Below are positions 47,401 to 59,423 of a stretch of 64,000 nucleotides of DNA, one piece after another. Below the pieces are notes generated by a model, which saw only the letters and a list, made by a program, of their open reading frames with translations, did no database searches and was not told the origin of the DNA. Within the stretch, counting starts at the first letter, position 1, and every line of letters begins with the position of its first letter. This DNA comes from the human T2T-CHM13v2.0 reference genome, Homo sapiens: NCBI RefSeq assembly GCF_009914755.1, contig NC_060947.1, one strand, 5' to 3'. The position numbers and the translations under genes are program-made.

Positions 47401-49824
47401 AATACATCATGTCAACAGAATAAAGAATAAACTTCATGCAATAATCTCAATTGATGCTCAAAAAGCAGTTGATAAAAAATCAACATTCTTTGATAATAAA
47501 ATCAATAAAAAAACTGGGTATAGAAGAAACATACTTCAACATGTAAAAAGGCATTTATGACTGACTCACAGTTGTCTACTGGTATCACACTAGTGGGGAA
47601 AAATATTAAAGTTTTTTCTCTAACATCTAGAACACAACAAAGATGTCCACTGTCACCACTATTATTCTACATAATACTGAAATTCCTACACAGAGAAATC
47701 AAACCAGAGAAATAAATAAATGGCATCTATATTGGAATAAAAGAAGTCAAATTATCCTTGTTTGTGGATGATATGATATTACATTTAGAAAAGACTATTA
47801 GAAATGATAAACAAAATCAGGAAAGTTGGAGGATACAAATTTAACAAAAAAAGTAGCATTGCTCTATGGCAACTGAACAATTGAAAAAGAAATAAAATAC
47901 ATAACATTACTCAAAATAGTCACAAATACAATTACTTACCTAGGAATTAACCAAAAAAGTGAAAGATCTGTATAATGAAAACTATAAAACATCAATGAAA
48001 AAAATTGAAGACACCAAATAATGAAAAGATATTACATGTTCAGGGATTGGAACAATCAGTATTGTTAAAATGTCCATACAACCCGAATCAATCTACAGAT
48101 TCAGTGCAATCCCTATCAAAATACCAATGACATTTTTCACAGAAATAGAACAAACAATCCTAAAACTTATGTGGAACAACAAAAACCCAGAATATTCAAA
48201 GCTATCCTAAGCCAAAGGAACAAAACTAGAGAAATCATGTCACCTGATTTTATATTATACCTCAGAGTTATAGTAACCAAACCAGCATAGTTCTGGCATA
48301 AAAACAGACACAAAGACCAATAAAATAGAAATCCAAAAGAAAAATTTCCACATACCTACAGTGAACTCATAGTTCACAAAGTTGTCAAGAACCTACACTG
48401 GGGAACAGACAGCCTATTCACTAAAGGGTACTGGGCAAACTGGGTATCCTTTTGCAGAGGAATGAAACTAGACCCATATCTCTCACCATATACAAAAATC
48501 AAATACAAATGAATGAAAACCTTCAACTCAAGATCTCTGACTATGAAACTACTACAAGAAAAGTTTGGAGAAAATCACCAGGACATTTGATTGGGCAAGC
48601 ATTTCTTGAGCAATCCCCCACAAGTACAGGCAACCAAAGCAAACATGGATGAATGCAATCACAACAAGTTAAAAAGCTTCTGTGTAGCAAAAGAGATGAT
48701 CAAGAAATTGAAGACACATCTCCAAAAATAACAGATAATATTTGCAAACTACTCACCTGACACGGGACTAATAACTAGAATATATAAGCAACTCAAACAA
48801 ATCTATAGAAAAAAATCTAATAAGCTGATCAAAAATTGGACAAAAGATTTGAATAGACATTTTTCAAAAGAAGATATAAAATGCCCTACAGGCATATGAA
48901 AAGTTGCTCAACACTATTGATCATTAGAGAAATGCAAATCAAAATTACAATGAGATATATTCACACCCAGGTTAAAATGGCTTATATCCAAAAGCCATGC
49001 AATAACAAATACTGGCAAGGATGTGGAGAAAAGTGAACCCTCATAAACTGTTGCTAGGTATGTAAATTAGTACAACAACAATGGAGAACAGTTTGGAGGT
49101 TCCTCAAAAAACTGAAACTAGAACTAACATATGATCCAGCAATCTCACTGCTTGGTGTATTCTAAAAAGAAAGGAAATCGGTGTGTTGAAGCGATATCTG
49201 CTCTTCCATCTTTGTTGCAAAACTGTTCACAATAGCCAAGATTTAGAAGCAACCTAAGTGTCAATCAACATATAAATGAATAAAGAAAATGTAGTACATA
49301 TACACAGTAAAGTACTATTCAGCCATAAAAGAGAATGAGATCATGTGATTTGCAAAAACATGGATGGAACTGGAGATCATTAAGTTAAGCAAAATAAGCC
49401 AGGCACAGAAGACAAACGTCACATGTTCTAACTTATTTGTGGGATTTAAAAATCAATGCAATTGAACTCATAGACATTGAGAGTAGAAGGATGGTAACCA
49501 GTGGCTGAGAAGGGTAGTGAAAGAGTTGGGGAGATGTGGAGAAGCTTAATGGGTTCAAGAAAAATAGAATGAATAAGACATACTATTTTATAGCACAACA
49601 GGGTGACTATACTCAATAATAACTTATTTGTACAGTTAAAAATAACTAAAATAATACAATTAGATTGTTTGTAACTCAAAGGATAAATACTTGAGCGGTT
49701 GGATACCCCATTCTCTATTATGTGATTACATTACATTGCATGCCTGTATTAAAATATATTTTGTACCTTATAAACATATATACACACTACATTCCAACAA
49801 AAATTAAAAACTTTCTTTAAAAAA
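41409..49824 (+). mobile_element. Essentially full-length L1MA (L1MA1-3-like): 5'UTR, ORF1, ORF2, 3'UTR and polyA; decayed
   Basis: 5' 'gagagaggtatagcaagatggtggaat'; ORF2 remnants '[16 protein letters not shown]'; 3' end 'ggataaatacttgag...gataccccattctc'. 12-bp TSD aaaagcatttag (41397-41408) / aaaagcagttag (49825-49836). Inserted in an older L1 ORF2 relic. Confidence 0.92.
44521..45602 (+). mobile_element. MER11 (HERV-K11/HML-8) solo LTR
   Basis: Starts 'tgttgcaggaattcagggaccccgaatggagggacc'. Two ~90-bp tandem units at 44576-44750; AATAAA at ~45413. Perfect 6-bp TSD gattat at 44515-44520 and 45603-45608. Confidence 0.93.
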
Positions 49825-51994
49825 AAAAGCAGTTAGTAATCTAGGAATACAAATACATCTCCATAACATCACAGAGCATATTGGTTAAAATAAAACTGTA
49901 AGTATAATATATGAGAAGCTATCCCATGGAACCTACAAACTACTGATAAATTAAATAATGAAGCCATGATTCAAACTAAAGAGAGAGTTATTGAGTTCAT
50001 GTTGTCAACTGGCAATTCACAGAATTGGAAACACAGATGACTAATAAATGAGGAAAACCTTTTTCTGCATTATAAAAAATAATTAAACTCAAAGGAACAA
50101 TGAAGTGTAAATTAATTGATGGATAAACTAAGCCTTGAGTCCAGAAAAAAGACATAAATGTCAGAAAATAATGAAGTATACTGTGAGTAGAGAATTTTTT
50201 TTTATAAAAGAGAGATCAGAGTGTAAATAATAAGAAGGTAAGGTATCAGTAAAATTTAAATCACCACACATGTGAAATATGCAGCATACTGTGAGATGAA
50301 TGAGAGAGATATTAAAATGTAGTAATAGTTTGAGTGGAAGGAGAGAGAACTCAAAAGTGATAGGTCAGAGAAAGTAATAGTGGATCAGTGTTGAAAATGA
50401 GATAGATGCAGACAACTAACATGGAAGTAAGAGAAAAAGAGTGCTATGTCCATGGTGGCTGCATGTGTTCCATAATTTTCCATGCTAGCACACCATAATT
50501 TAACTCTGTTTTGGAGGTCTTGACAGAGTCAACCTTATATTGACTCTCTCAGAACATCAGAGCCTAAACTGAAACATCTGAAGATAAATTTTTAACCAAT
50601 CCACATAACACTATTTCCAGGGTCCTGGAATTATGGTTTATAATACTTATTACATGATTATGATGACAGTAGCTGCTGCCATCATGCTGGCTGTAGCAGG
50701 GAGGTGCAGGGGGGCTGCACCATGGAGCTGGTGGGAGCCCTGCCCCTTCTGAATTGGGGCAGGAGCTCCCTGAGTGCCACTGCAGCTGCCCAAATCATGT
50801 CTGCAGACCCAGGCCTTCTGTTCTACAAAGCAGCAAGAGCCCCACCCTCCCGGGCGGGCCTACAACCACCCAAACTGTGGCTGTGGGTCTGAGCCTCTCC
50901 GTGCCTTTGGAGGGCCAAGAGCAGGCAGGATCTGCCCTCCTGGGTGCAGCTGCAACCACCTGACCTGCTGCTGCAGACCTGAGCCTCCTGCTCCACATAG
51001 CTGGCAGGAGCTGGGGAAAAGCTGGAACCACCCTGCTCCTGAGTTGGTGAGGTGGGAGCTCCCTGGATGCAGCTGCAGCCACTCTTTCAGGCACAGGACT
51101 TGGTCATCTTTGCAGCCTGCATCTTTGGGGGCCCTGGAAGAGACCCCCAATCCCTGCTGGCTCAGGGATATCTGCTACTGCTGCCTGGTTTCTCTCCTCT
51201 CCGGGCACATGCTTTGATCTCAGAGCAGGTTTGGTTGGGGCCCAGCCCCATGGCTGGGGCCTTGAATGGCAGTGGAAGGCAGAGTCCTGAGCAGAAAGGG
51301 GTGGGTCTCCAGTCTGGCCCCACCTTCAGGCTAGGGAGGCCTGAAGGCTGGGGGCCAGGCTGCCAGTCCCACGAACTGGAGTTCAGACTAGTGGTGTTTC
51401 TTCTGGGCTCACCCATGGCCACCTATGGCTGTCTATGGACCAACTGGCATGTACTTCCTCTCCTCTGAGGTCCATAAAAGCTCTGGGCTCAGCCAGAGCA
51501 GGGCAGAGGATGGCCAGAGGACAAAGAGGGCAGAGAGATGATGGGACCACCAGCTACAGAGAGGAGCTACCCTTTCTGTTGATAGCAGAAGATGACAGAA
51601 AATCCAGCTGCAGAGAGGAGCTAGCCTCTCTGCTGAGAGTTGCAGAGATGACCTGCCAGCAGAGAAGAGCTATCCTCTCCAGGGCCTCCTCTCTGCTGAG
51701 AGCTTCAGACATTGGGATGACCAGTTGCAGCAAGGAGCTATCCTCCTCTCCAGGGCCTCCTCTCACTGAGAACTGAACACTTGAAGGATGACCTGCTTAC
51801 AGAGAAGAGCTACCCACTGCAGGTCTCCTCTGAGCTGTTGTAACACTCAATAAATCTCATTTTCGTCTTGTTCACCCTTCACTTGTCTGTATACTTCATT
51901 CTTATTGGATGAAGGACAAGAACTCGTACAAAAGCGCCATGGCCACAGAGGTTTCTGGCCAGAAAACTGACACCCTAAAAATCCCATAACATTT

Positions 51995-52012
51995 TGGGGT
52001 CTCGTCTGGGAT
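51995..52012 (+). promoter_or_regulatory. Primer-binding site, tRNA-Pro
   Basis: tggggtctcgtctgggat matches the canonical Pro PBS TGGGGGCTCGTCCGGGAT at 16/18 positions, 3 nt after the 5' LTR. Confidence 0.88.
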
Positions 52013-52949
52013 TTGCAGAAGTGTGAGTAGAAGTGAATCTGTTTTCTGCCCTTTTTTTTTTTTTGGAGTCTCTAAACTCCACAATAGTCAAAATGAAAGA
52101 AAAATACCAGGCCTGTGTCAGCCAGTTAAAAGTGATTAGCACAGCTGCCACACTTAAGACACGGAAAACAGGCTTGTCGGGGAGGGCACTGTCAATCTCC
52201 CATCACCTTTGGGTGTTGGGAATGTCTTCGTTCCAGCCCAGTTTTCCTTCACAGAGGTCTAGCCATCATTTGGGACCAGGAAAAGGTCCTGGGGCAACTG
52301 AGGGTATTTGGCCGAGGCTACAACACTGTGTTATCCAAAGGCCCCAGGACAAACTCCATTTCCTGACTCCCTGTTAGGGCATCAGCACTAGGACTTCCAG
52401 TCTTTCCTATTGTTTCTTTCTTGCTTTCTTTTGTGGCTTTCATGGTTCCCATCTCCTATATACAATGTTAATGTATGAAGGATATTGGAAACCAGAGATA
52501 TTACTGCACATAATGAGCATTTGGCTTAGTCATCAAGAGTATAAAATGGAAGGTTAAGAGTAGCACAGATGAAGCAAAGTGTGCCTTGTTATGTGCGTTA
52601 GTATCTGTACATGTTTGTGGTGAAAATATTCTTGTAGTTTACTTGGTTGCCAACTTGGTGCCAAGAACCTTGAAGCACAGAAAAGCATTGCCTCAGGAAG
52701 GAAGCTTTTCTCTAAACACGAGGGCAAATGGTCCAAGGTCCCTTATGTGCAGGCTTTCTTTGCCTTGCAGGGTAACCCAGACATTTGGCAACATAGTAGT
52801 ATTGATTCAGCTCTCCTAGTGGCCATCTGGGGAGAGGCTTCAAGGGGAAATCCCAGGAAAATAGGGAAGCAAACCCCAGAGGTACTTTCAGCAGAGGAAT
52901 AACCCCCCTCCATTCATTTCTATCTTGGCTTTCTTTCAAGCTTGTCCCG

Positions 52950-54040
52950 GCCTAGGAATCCTAATTTTAGACAGGTCCAAGTCTCAACTACCCCTACAAC
53001 AGATGTCTGGTGAATATGGCCCCATTAAGGTCCAGGTCCCCTTTTCTTTTCAGGACTTAAGGAAATTAGGGGGGATCTTGGCAGGTTTTCAGATGGCCCT
53101 GATAGGTACATAGAGGCTTTCCAGAACTTAACACAAGTATTTGAGCTCTCCTGGAAGGATGGCCATGTTACTTTTGAATCAAATGCTGAAATGCAGGCCA
53201 CTTGGGAAGAGACAGAGAATTTGGGGGATGAGATTTCTATCTTACATAGGGCCAGGGAAGGGGAGGATCCTTATTCAATTAGAAGAATAGCAGTACCATT
53301 GAAGGACCCTAAATGGGCCTCCAGTGATGAAATAGGAGAATAGAGGAGGAAACTCTTTCAGGTGTGCATACTGGAGGCCTTGCAAGGGTCTGGGACTAGG
53401 CCTCTCAATTGCACCAGGCTATCCATGGTAGACAAGGGATTGGATGGGAGTCACACTGCCTTCCTGGGGGGTGGCTGGGAGGAACCTTGGCAAAACACAC
53501 CCCTCTATCCCCTTATGTAATAGTGGGACAGCTGGTCCTAGGGGAGAGTTTACTACTCAGGCAAACCCTGATATCAGGAGGAAGCTGCAGAAACAGGCCA
53601 TAAGACCAAATAGTACTTTGGAGGACCTCCTGAAAGTGGCCACCTTTGTCTTCCACAATAGAATCAGGAGGCCCAAAAGAGAGAAGGAGACATAAGAAAA
53701 AGTCAGAGGCTGTAATAGCCACCTTGTAGGCTCACAAACCCCAGAGTTCTCAAGATGTACCTGTTGACTACTGTGAATGTGAACCATTGGAGGGCAGACT
53801 GTCCCCAAGACATGGGTCACCAGATCCAGGGCCAGTCTGCCAAATGGTGCAGCAGGACTGGTGGGTCCTGAGGTTTCCTTCCCTGGCTCTGATGATTCAG
53901 ACTGCCATTGCCATCCAGGAGCCCAGGTGATGTGGGGGATTGAGGAAAGGAGGGTGGACCTCCTCCTGGACTCAAGTGGGCCTTTCAGTTCTCCTCTCCA
54001 GTCTAGGCCCCCTCCTTTCTTAGCATGACTCTGAGGGGTG
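52950..54040 (+). pseudogene. gag: Decayed retroviral gag (capsid) and N-terminal protease remnant
   Basis: 'LPLQQMSGEYGPIKVQVPFSFQDL', then after a frameshift 'LGRFSDGPDRYIEAFQNLTQVFELSWKD', and 'FTTQANPDIRRKLQKQA'. These resemble HERV-W/ERV9-group Gag. 'EPR..RRVDLLLDSSG' resembles a degenerate protease active site. Confidence 0.85.
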
Positions 54041-57000
54041 TCCTCAAAACAGCACAACTTATTAGTTATCACCTAATTAGACTAGGCCCCAAATTCCTGG
54101 GACTCCCTTTCTCTCCCTTGTTTGAGGAGGACCTGGCCCCACAGCTTCATGTGCTTGTGAATGGGAGGCAACAGAGGAGGAGCCCCTGCTAGTTGCTAGC
54201 TGCAATTTGGTGAGGGCCATCTGGAACTAATGTAATGGCTTCATACTCCCTCCTGAGGCACCTTTGTGTCCCAAGCTTTCATTTGAAGCCCTGGAATGGA
54301 ACACCAGATATAAGGCAGATTACCGTGGGTTTTGAGGGCCACAGTACAGGTGAGCATGACTAATTCCTGCTGATTAGGCCCTCCTGTTTCATGAATAAAG
54401 GTCATGCTTGCATCTACGGCGTGGATAAGGTCTAGAGAATTCAATGGTTACTGACAGCAGGTGGGCTTAGGCTCCGCTCAGATGAGTGCAAATATTCCTG
54501 TCAGCTATGCCTCCTGCTTCATGGCTGAATGTTACACTTGCACCCACAGTTAACACCTGCACAGGTTGCCAGGACTCAGGGATATAAGTTTGGAAGAAGA
54601 AAGGACATTTTTTATTCTCTCTGTCACATACGCCAGGTATTCACTGGAAAGAGAGATGAATAAAGAGATGCCTTTATCCCCTCTTTCCAGATGGGTAACA
54701 AACCAATCATGTTCAGCCTGCATTTCTTGAGTGCATCCTAAATCACAGGGCTCCAGGGTCATTAAGAATCCATGTCTTGGGGTAAGGGAACCCAGCAGCC
54801 TGACATGCCAGCAAAGGTGTAAAAGTTTTTACCATTCAGACTTCTGGCTTCTCTCTCCCTGTGCAAACTGGTTGCAGGAATGATAAAAATAACTATATTC
54901 TCTACCTCTCCATGGTTCAATTGGCCATTTTGGCATACCTAAGTTTGGATAATAAGAGATTTAAAAGGACCTTTTAAAAAAGGAGCACTATAGTTAAAAG
55001 TTAACTGAGTTAAAAGTAGATGTCCGTGGGTATCCAAGCTGTCGGTATATTTAAAAGACCTTTATGTCTTTTTTCTTCATGGATCTTGTTTTTCTGGAAA
55101 AAGGTTTTCTCAGCTGACTGAATTATTCTTCATTTTTATCTTGCCACTCTTGGTGCACACATGAGAGGCACCTGGATGGCTTCTGATGACCTGGGACTCC
55201 TTGGGAAAAATAGGAGGTGCCACTGACCCCTTTTGGGATAAACATGTTTTCCTCTTGGATCTTCAGAGATTCGCGGTGGATGGATCCCTCTCAAAGTCTG
55301 TTTTTGTCTTCCAGCTATACCTACTTATTAGGCCTTAGAAACTGCATACATTTTCCTGGCCCTGGTTCTTGAACAGCTACATCCTGGGGCCAGTGATTCA
55401 ATTAAGAGAGTGGCACATGAAAAATCTTACAACTACTGGATCTCCTTCTGTCTGTGTGTTATATTTGTCATGTTTATATAAAATAGCTCTAACTGATTGG
55501 CTTAAAGAAAAATACAAGCTTGGATCAAATATTTTGAAAGAAAAATAAAGCTGTAATGTTTTTTAGTTCATGGCTATCACTCTAGTGGAACAGGAAGCAT
55601 GGGAAAGCATGGCCTTACAAAGCTCATAGTAGGCCATTGTCTCCGAAGGGAAAACATAAAGTGGGCCCTGGTGCCCAATTAAGGTCAGAGTTGTTTGAGA
55701 CTTTAAGATTGGATCCCAAAGGGGGATTCCCTGGGGGATCCTCTGGACCTCAACCTCTCCAAAGAGGATGCCCTTGGCAGAGGTTCTGAGGTCTAGTACT
55801 AAACCCTCCTTAGAATTTTCTCTCACAGTTGCAATACTGTTTGGCCACAATATTGTATGGAATCTTGAGTTTACTGGTGAATGGGGAAGCAGGAGGGCAT
55901 TGCATGTGTCCAGGCTTTTGTGCTGCTGTTCTAAGCAGGGGGCCTGGTGAACGTGTGATGCTCTCCTTTGGTGCTGTTTGGTCCCAGTGTTCTTAGGAGT
56001 CTGGGGAGGTTTGGCCTTTAAAACTCAAACTGCCATGGAAACTTCTTTACCAGAAATTTTGATTCACAGCCTTCACTGCATTATCTATTGGGGCAAAGAA
56101 AATAAAACCAGTGAGCTTGTATTGCTATCTCATGGCTACGGTTCCAATCTATTGGATCTTCGTTTGTGGGTGTGTATACATGTCTATATGTGTTTATTTG
56201 TACACTTATTGTCATATATTATGTCTACCAAATTGGCTTATAAGCAAAAGAGTGCTCACAAATGAAGTAAATAAGTCCGAGCAATTTTCAGATTCATGTG
56301 ATTTAGGTAGGGCTTTGGTAAATAGACTGGCTTTAAAATTATCAGTAAAATAAAAATAGAAATGTCTTCAAAATGTAGACATGGTCTAAATTATGCAAGT
56401 CAGAAACCAGGTTGGCTAAATGCTTTAAGGTCATAAACTGCTTTTGACTTTTGAAAATTGTTCGACTTTTCTGCTCTACAGTTTGATAAAGCCTGAGGAC
56501 ATATATCACATTCCTAGCTATGTTGGAAATAGTCAGATCTTATCTGCACCTAAGTATGTAACCAAAATAACTTACTGGGTATTTCACCAAAATTAAAAAT
56601 TGCTAAGAGCTAACATTAAAACATGTAGTGGAGACTATGGAAAATATTTACATGCAAGGTATGTAAGAAAAGAAAAACGTGTCTTTAGTTAAAAAATATA
56701 AGTAGGCATGGGAATGTAAATTTTTGCCTAGTATAGAGGGTTGAAAGATTGTTTTAAATTAGATTAGATAAAGCTAAATGTTCAAACAAGTTATGGAAGG
56801 TTTGTAAAAATTAAACGTTTAAAAAGAAATCTGTGTGTGAACATATTGAATAAATTCATAAGGGTATTATTGTTTTTTTTTTTCCATAAATTGAACATTG
56901 GAATAAAAACACAACAAGGTTTTCTTGAGGCACTGACATGTCTTGAACAAAACTTTGTAAAGGGTTATAAAAGGTTTATAAGAATCTCACATCATGGTCA

Positions 57001-57169
57001 AACTGATTAAGATTGGATGGATTTTTATGTAAGGTTTTATTTTAAAAGATTGGAATTGACATTAATAGACTAATGCAAGGGTGAAATTTGGCTTTACTTC
57101 AACAAGATCATCATGCAATGAAAGATTTTTGTTTCCTTTGTGAATAAACTACTGACAAAAGGGATGGGC

Positions 57170-57270
57170 CGTCAAACTCTAAATAGTCATGCAAAGTGGT
57201 CATGCAAATGGAGCCTCAGATGATGGCTCCCTTTTACTGGGGACCCTTAGATAAGCCTCTAAGAGAGACC
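57170..57270 (+). pseudogene. env: Remnant of the env cytoplasmic tail
   Basis: 'gtcatgcaaatggagcctcagatgatggctcccttttactggggacccttagataagcct' translates to VMQMEPQMMAPFYWGPLDKP, similar to the QMEP..M...Y.GPLDRP tail of HERV-W-group Env. Confidence 0.7.
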
Positions 57271-57366
57271 TGACTGTCGTTTTCCCAAAACAATGCCCCT
57301 TGTTAGCATGGGGCAGTTAAAAGCAGTCATTGTTCCTATCCTAACAGTGGTTAGGTGTACCTCTTC

Positions 57367-57376
57367 AGAGGGGGAA
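57367..57376 (+). promoter_or_regulatory. Polypurine tract
   Basis: agagggggaa, 1 nt upstream of the 3' LTR 'tgatgg'. Confidence 0.85.
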
Positions 57377-58938
57377 TTGATGGCAGTAGCTGCTGCCATC
57401 ACACCAGCTATAGCAAGGAGGCATGGGTGGGGCTGCACACCCCATGAAGCTGGGGGGAGCCCTGCCCCTTCTGAGTTGAGGTGGGAACTTCCTGGGTGCC
57501 ACTGCAGCCACCCAAACTGTGGCTGCAAACCCAAGCCTCCTGCACTGGACAGCAGGGAGGAGCCCCACCCTACTGGGCAGGACTACCACCACCCAAACTG
57601 CAGCTGTGGATTTGAGTCTTCCTGTGCTCTTGGAGCAGGCAGAATTTGCCCTCCTGGGTGAAGCTGCACCCACCTGACCTGCTGCTGAAGAATCCGGCCT
57701 CCTGCCCCACAGAGCGGGCAGAAGCTGGAGACAAGCAAGAACTCCATCCTTTCCAAGTTGGTGGGGTGGGAGCTTCCCTGATGCAGCTGTGGCTGCCCTC
57801 CCAGGTACAGGACCTGGGCATCTTTGCAGCATGCATCCTTAGGGGCCTGGGAAGGGCCCCTCATCCCTGCTGCCTTGGGGATGTCTGCTCCTGCTGCCTG
57901 GCTTCTCTCCTCTCCTTGTACCTGCTCTGATTTCAGAGTGGGGTTTGGGCCGAGCCCCAGGGCTTGGGCCTTGAATGGCAGTGGGAGGCAGAGTCCTGGG
58001 CAGAAGGGGATGAGTCCTCAGTCAGGCACACCTTCAGGCCAGGGAGGGCCTGAAAGCTGGGGACCGGGTTGCTGGTCCCATGAACTGCAATGTGGACTTG
58101 TGATGCCTATTCTGGGCCCACCCATGGCTGCCCATGGCTTCCCATGGACTAGTCGACATGCACTTCCTTCCCTCTGAGGTCCATAAAAGCCCTGGGCTCA
58201 GCTAGAGCAGGGCAGAGGATGGTCAGAGGATTAACAGGGCAGAGAGATGATGGGACCACCAGCTACAGAGAGGAACTACCCTCTCTGCTGATAGCTGGAG
58301 GTGATGGAAAATCCAGTTGCAGAGAGGAGCTACCCTGTTTGTTGAGAGCTGCAGAGACAACCTGCCCACACGGAGGAGCTACCCTCTCCAGGGCCTCCTC
58401 TTTGCCAAGAATGGCAGACATCATGACAGCCAGTTGCAGTGAGGAGCTGCACTCTTCAGGGCTTCCTCTCTGCTGAGAACTGAACAAATGATGGATAACC
58501 TGCCTACAGAGAGGAGCTACCCACTGAGGGTCTCCTCTGAGCTGTTGTAACACTCAATAAAGCTCATCTTCCTCTTGTTTACCCTTTACCTGTCTGCATA
58601 CCTCATTCTTCCTTGATGCAGGACAAGAACTTGAACAAAGGCGCCCTAGTCACAGAAGTTTCTGATCAGAAAATTGACACTCTAATGGTGCCCTAACAAT
58701 TATGTAATTATTGATTTATTTCAGCTAACACCCTACTGGTTATAGCAACAGATGCAAAATATGGTAAATTAATTTGTAAAAGATCAATGTAAAGTATTAT
58801 GTCTTCATGTTGTGACTGATCTTAGCCCACTTGATCATGTGAGTTATTAGTGATAATAAAATGTTCTCAGAATTTCAAATATTAATGAAAAAGGGAATCT
58901 TGTAAAGTAAGCTTATTTCTATCAAAAAAATTTGGTGA

Positions 58939-59250
<312 letters not shown>

Positions 59251-59344
59251 TTACACTATTCTGATTCCATTGTAGTTGGGTAAATAATTAAATTGCTTGA
59301 GTGTTTTGTTTATTTGGGACTTTGTGTATTGAAGTAACTCAATG

Positions 59345-59423
59345 TTTTTTTGTTTTTTGTTTGTTTGAGACAGAGTCCTGCTGTGTTGCGCAGGCTGGAG
59401 TGTAGCAGTGCGATCTTGGCACA
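59345..59423 (-). mobile_element. Heavily 5'-truncated Alu (3' end only)
   Basis: T-rich tail followed by 'gagacagagtcctgctgtgttgcgcaggctggagtgtagcagtgcgatcttggc'. Confidence 0.85.

Larger units (their letters stand above)
50661..58698 (+). mobile_element. Two-LTR class I ERV provirus, MER52-type (MER4 group, non-autonomous): 5'LTR 50661-51991, 3'LTR 57378-58698
   Basis: Two ~1.3-kb GC-rich direct repeats (tgatg...taaca), 4-bp TSD atta at 50657-50660 and 58699-58702, plus PBS and PPT. Confidence 0.93.

Noticed and set aside
50704-51776. Many Pro/Gly/Ala-rich ORFs, repeated at 57259-58553
   Set aside because: GC-rich MER52 LTRs lack stops by composition, and reading frames are not conserved between the two LTRs.
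57170-57270. Possible syncytin-like env gene
   Set aside because: Only about 20 codons of the tail remain, with no SU, fusion peptide, ISD or TM domain.
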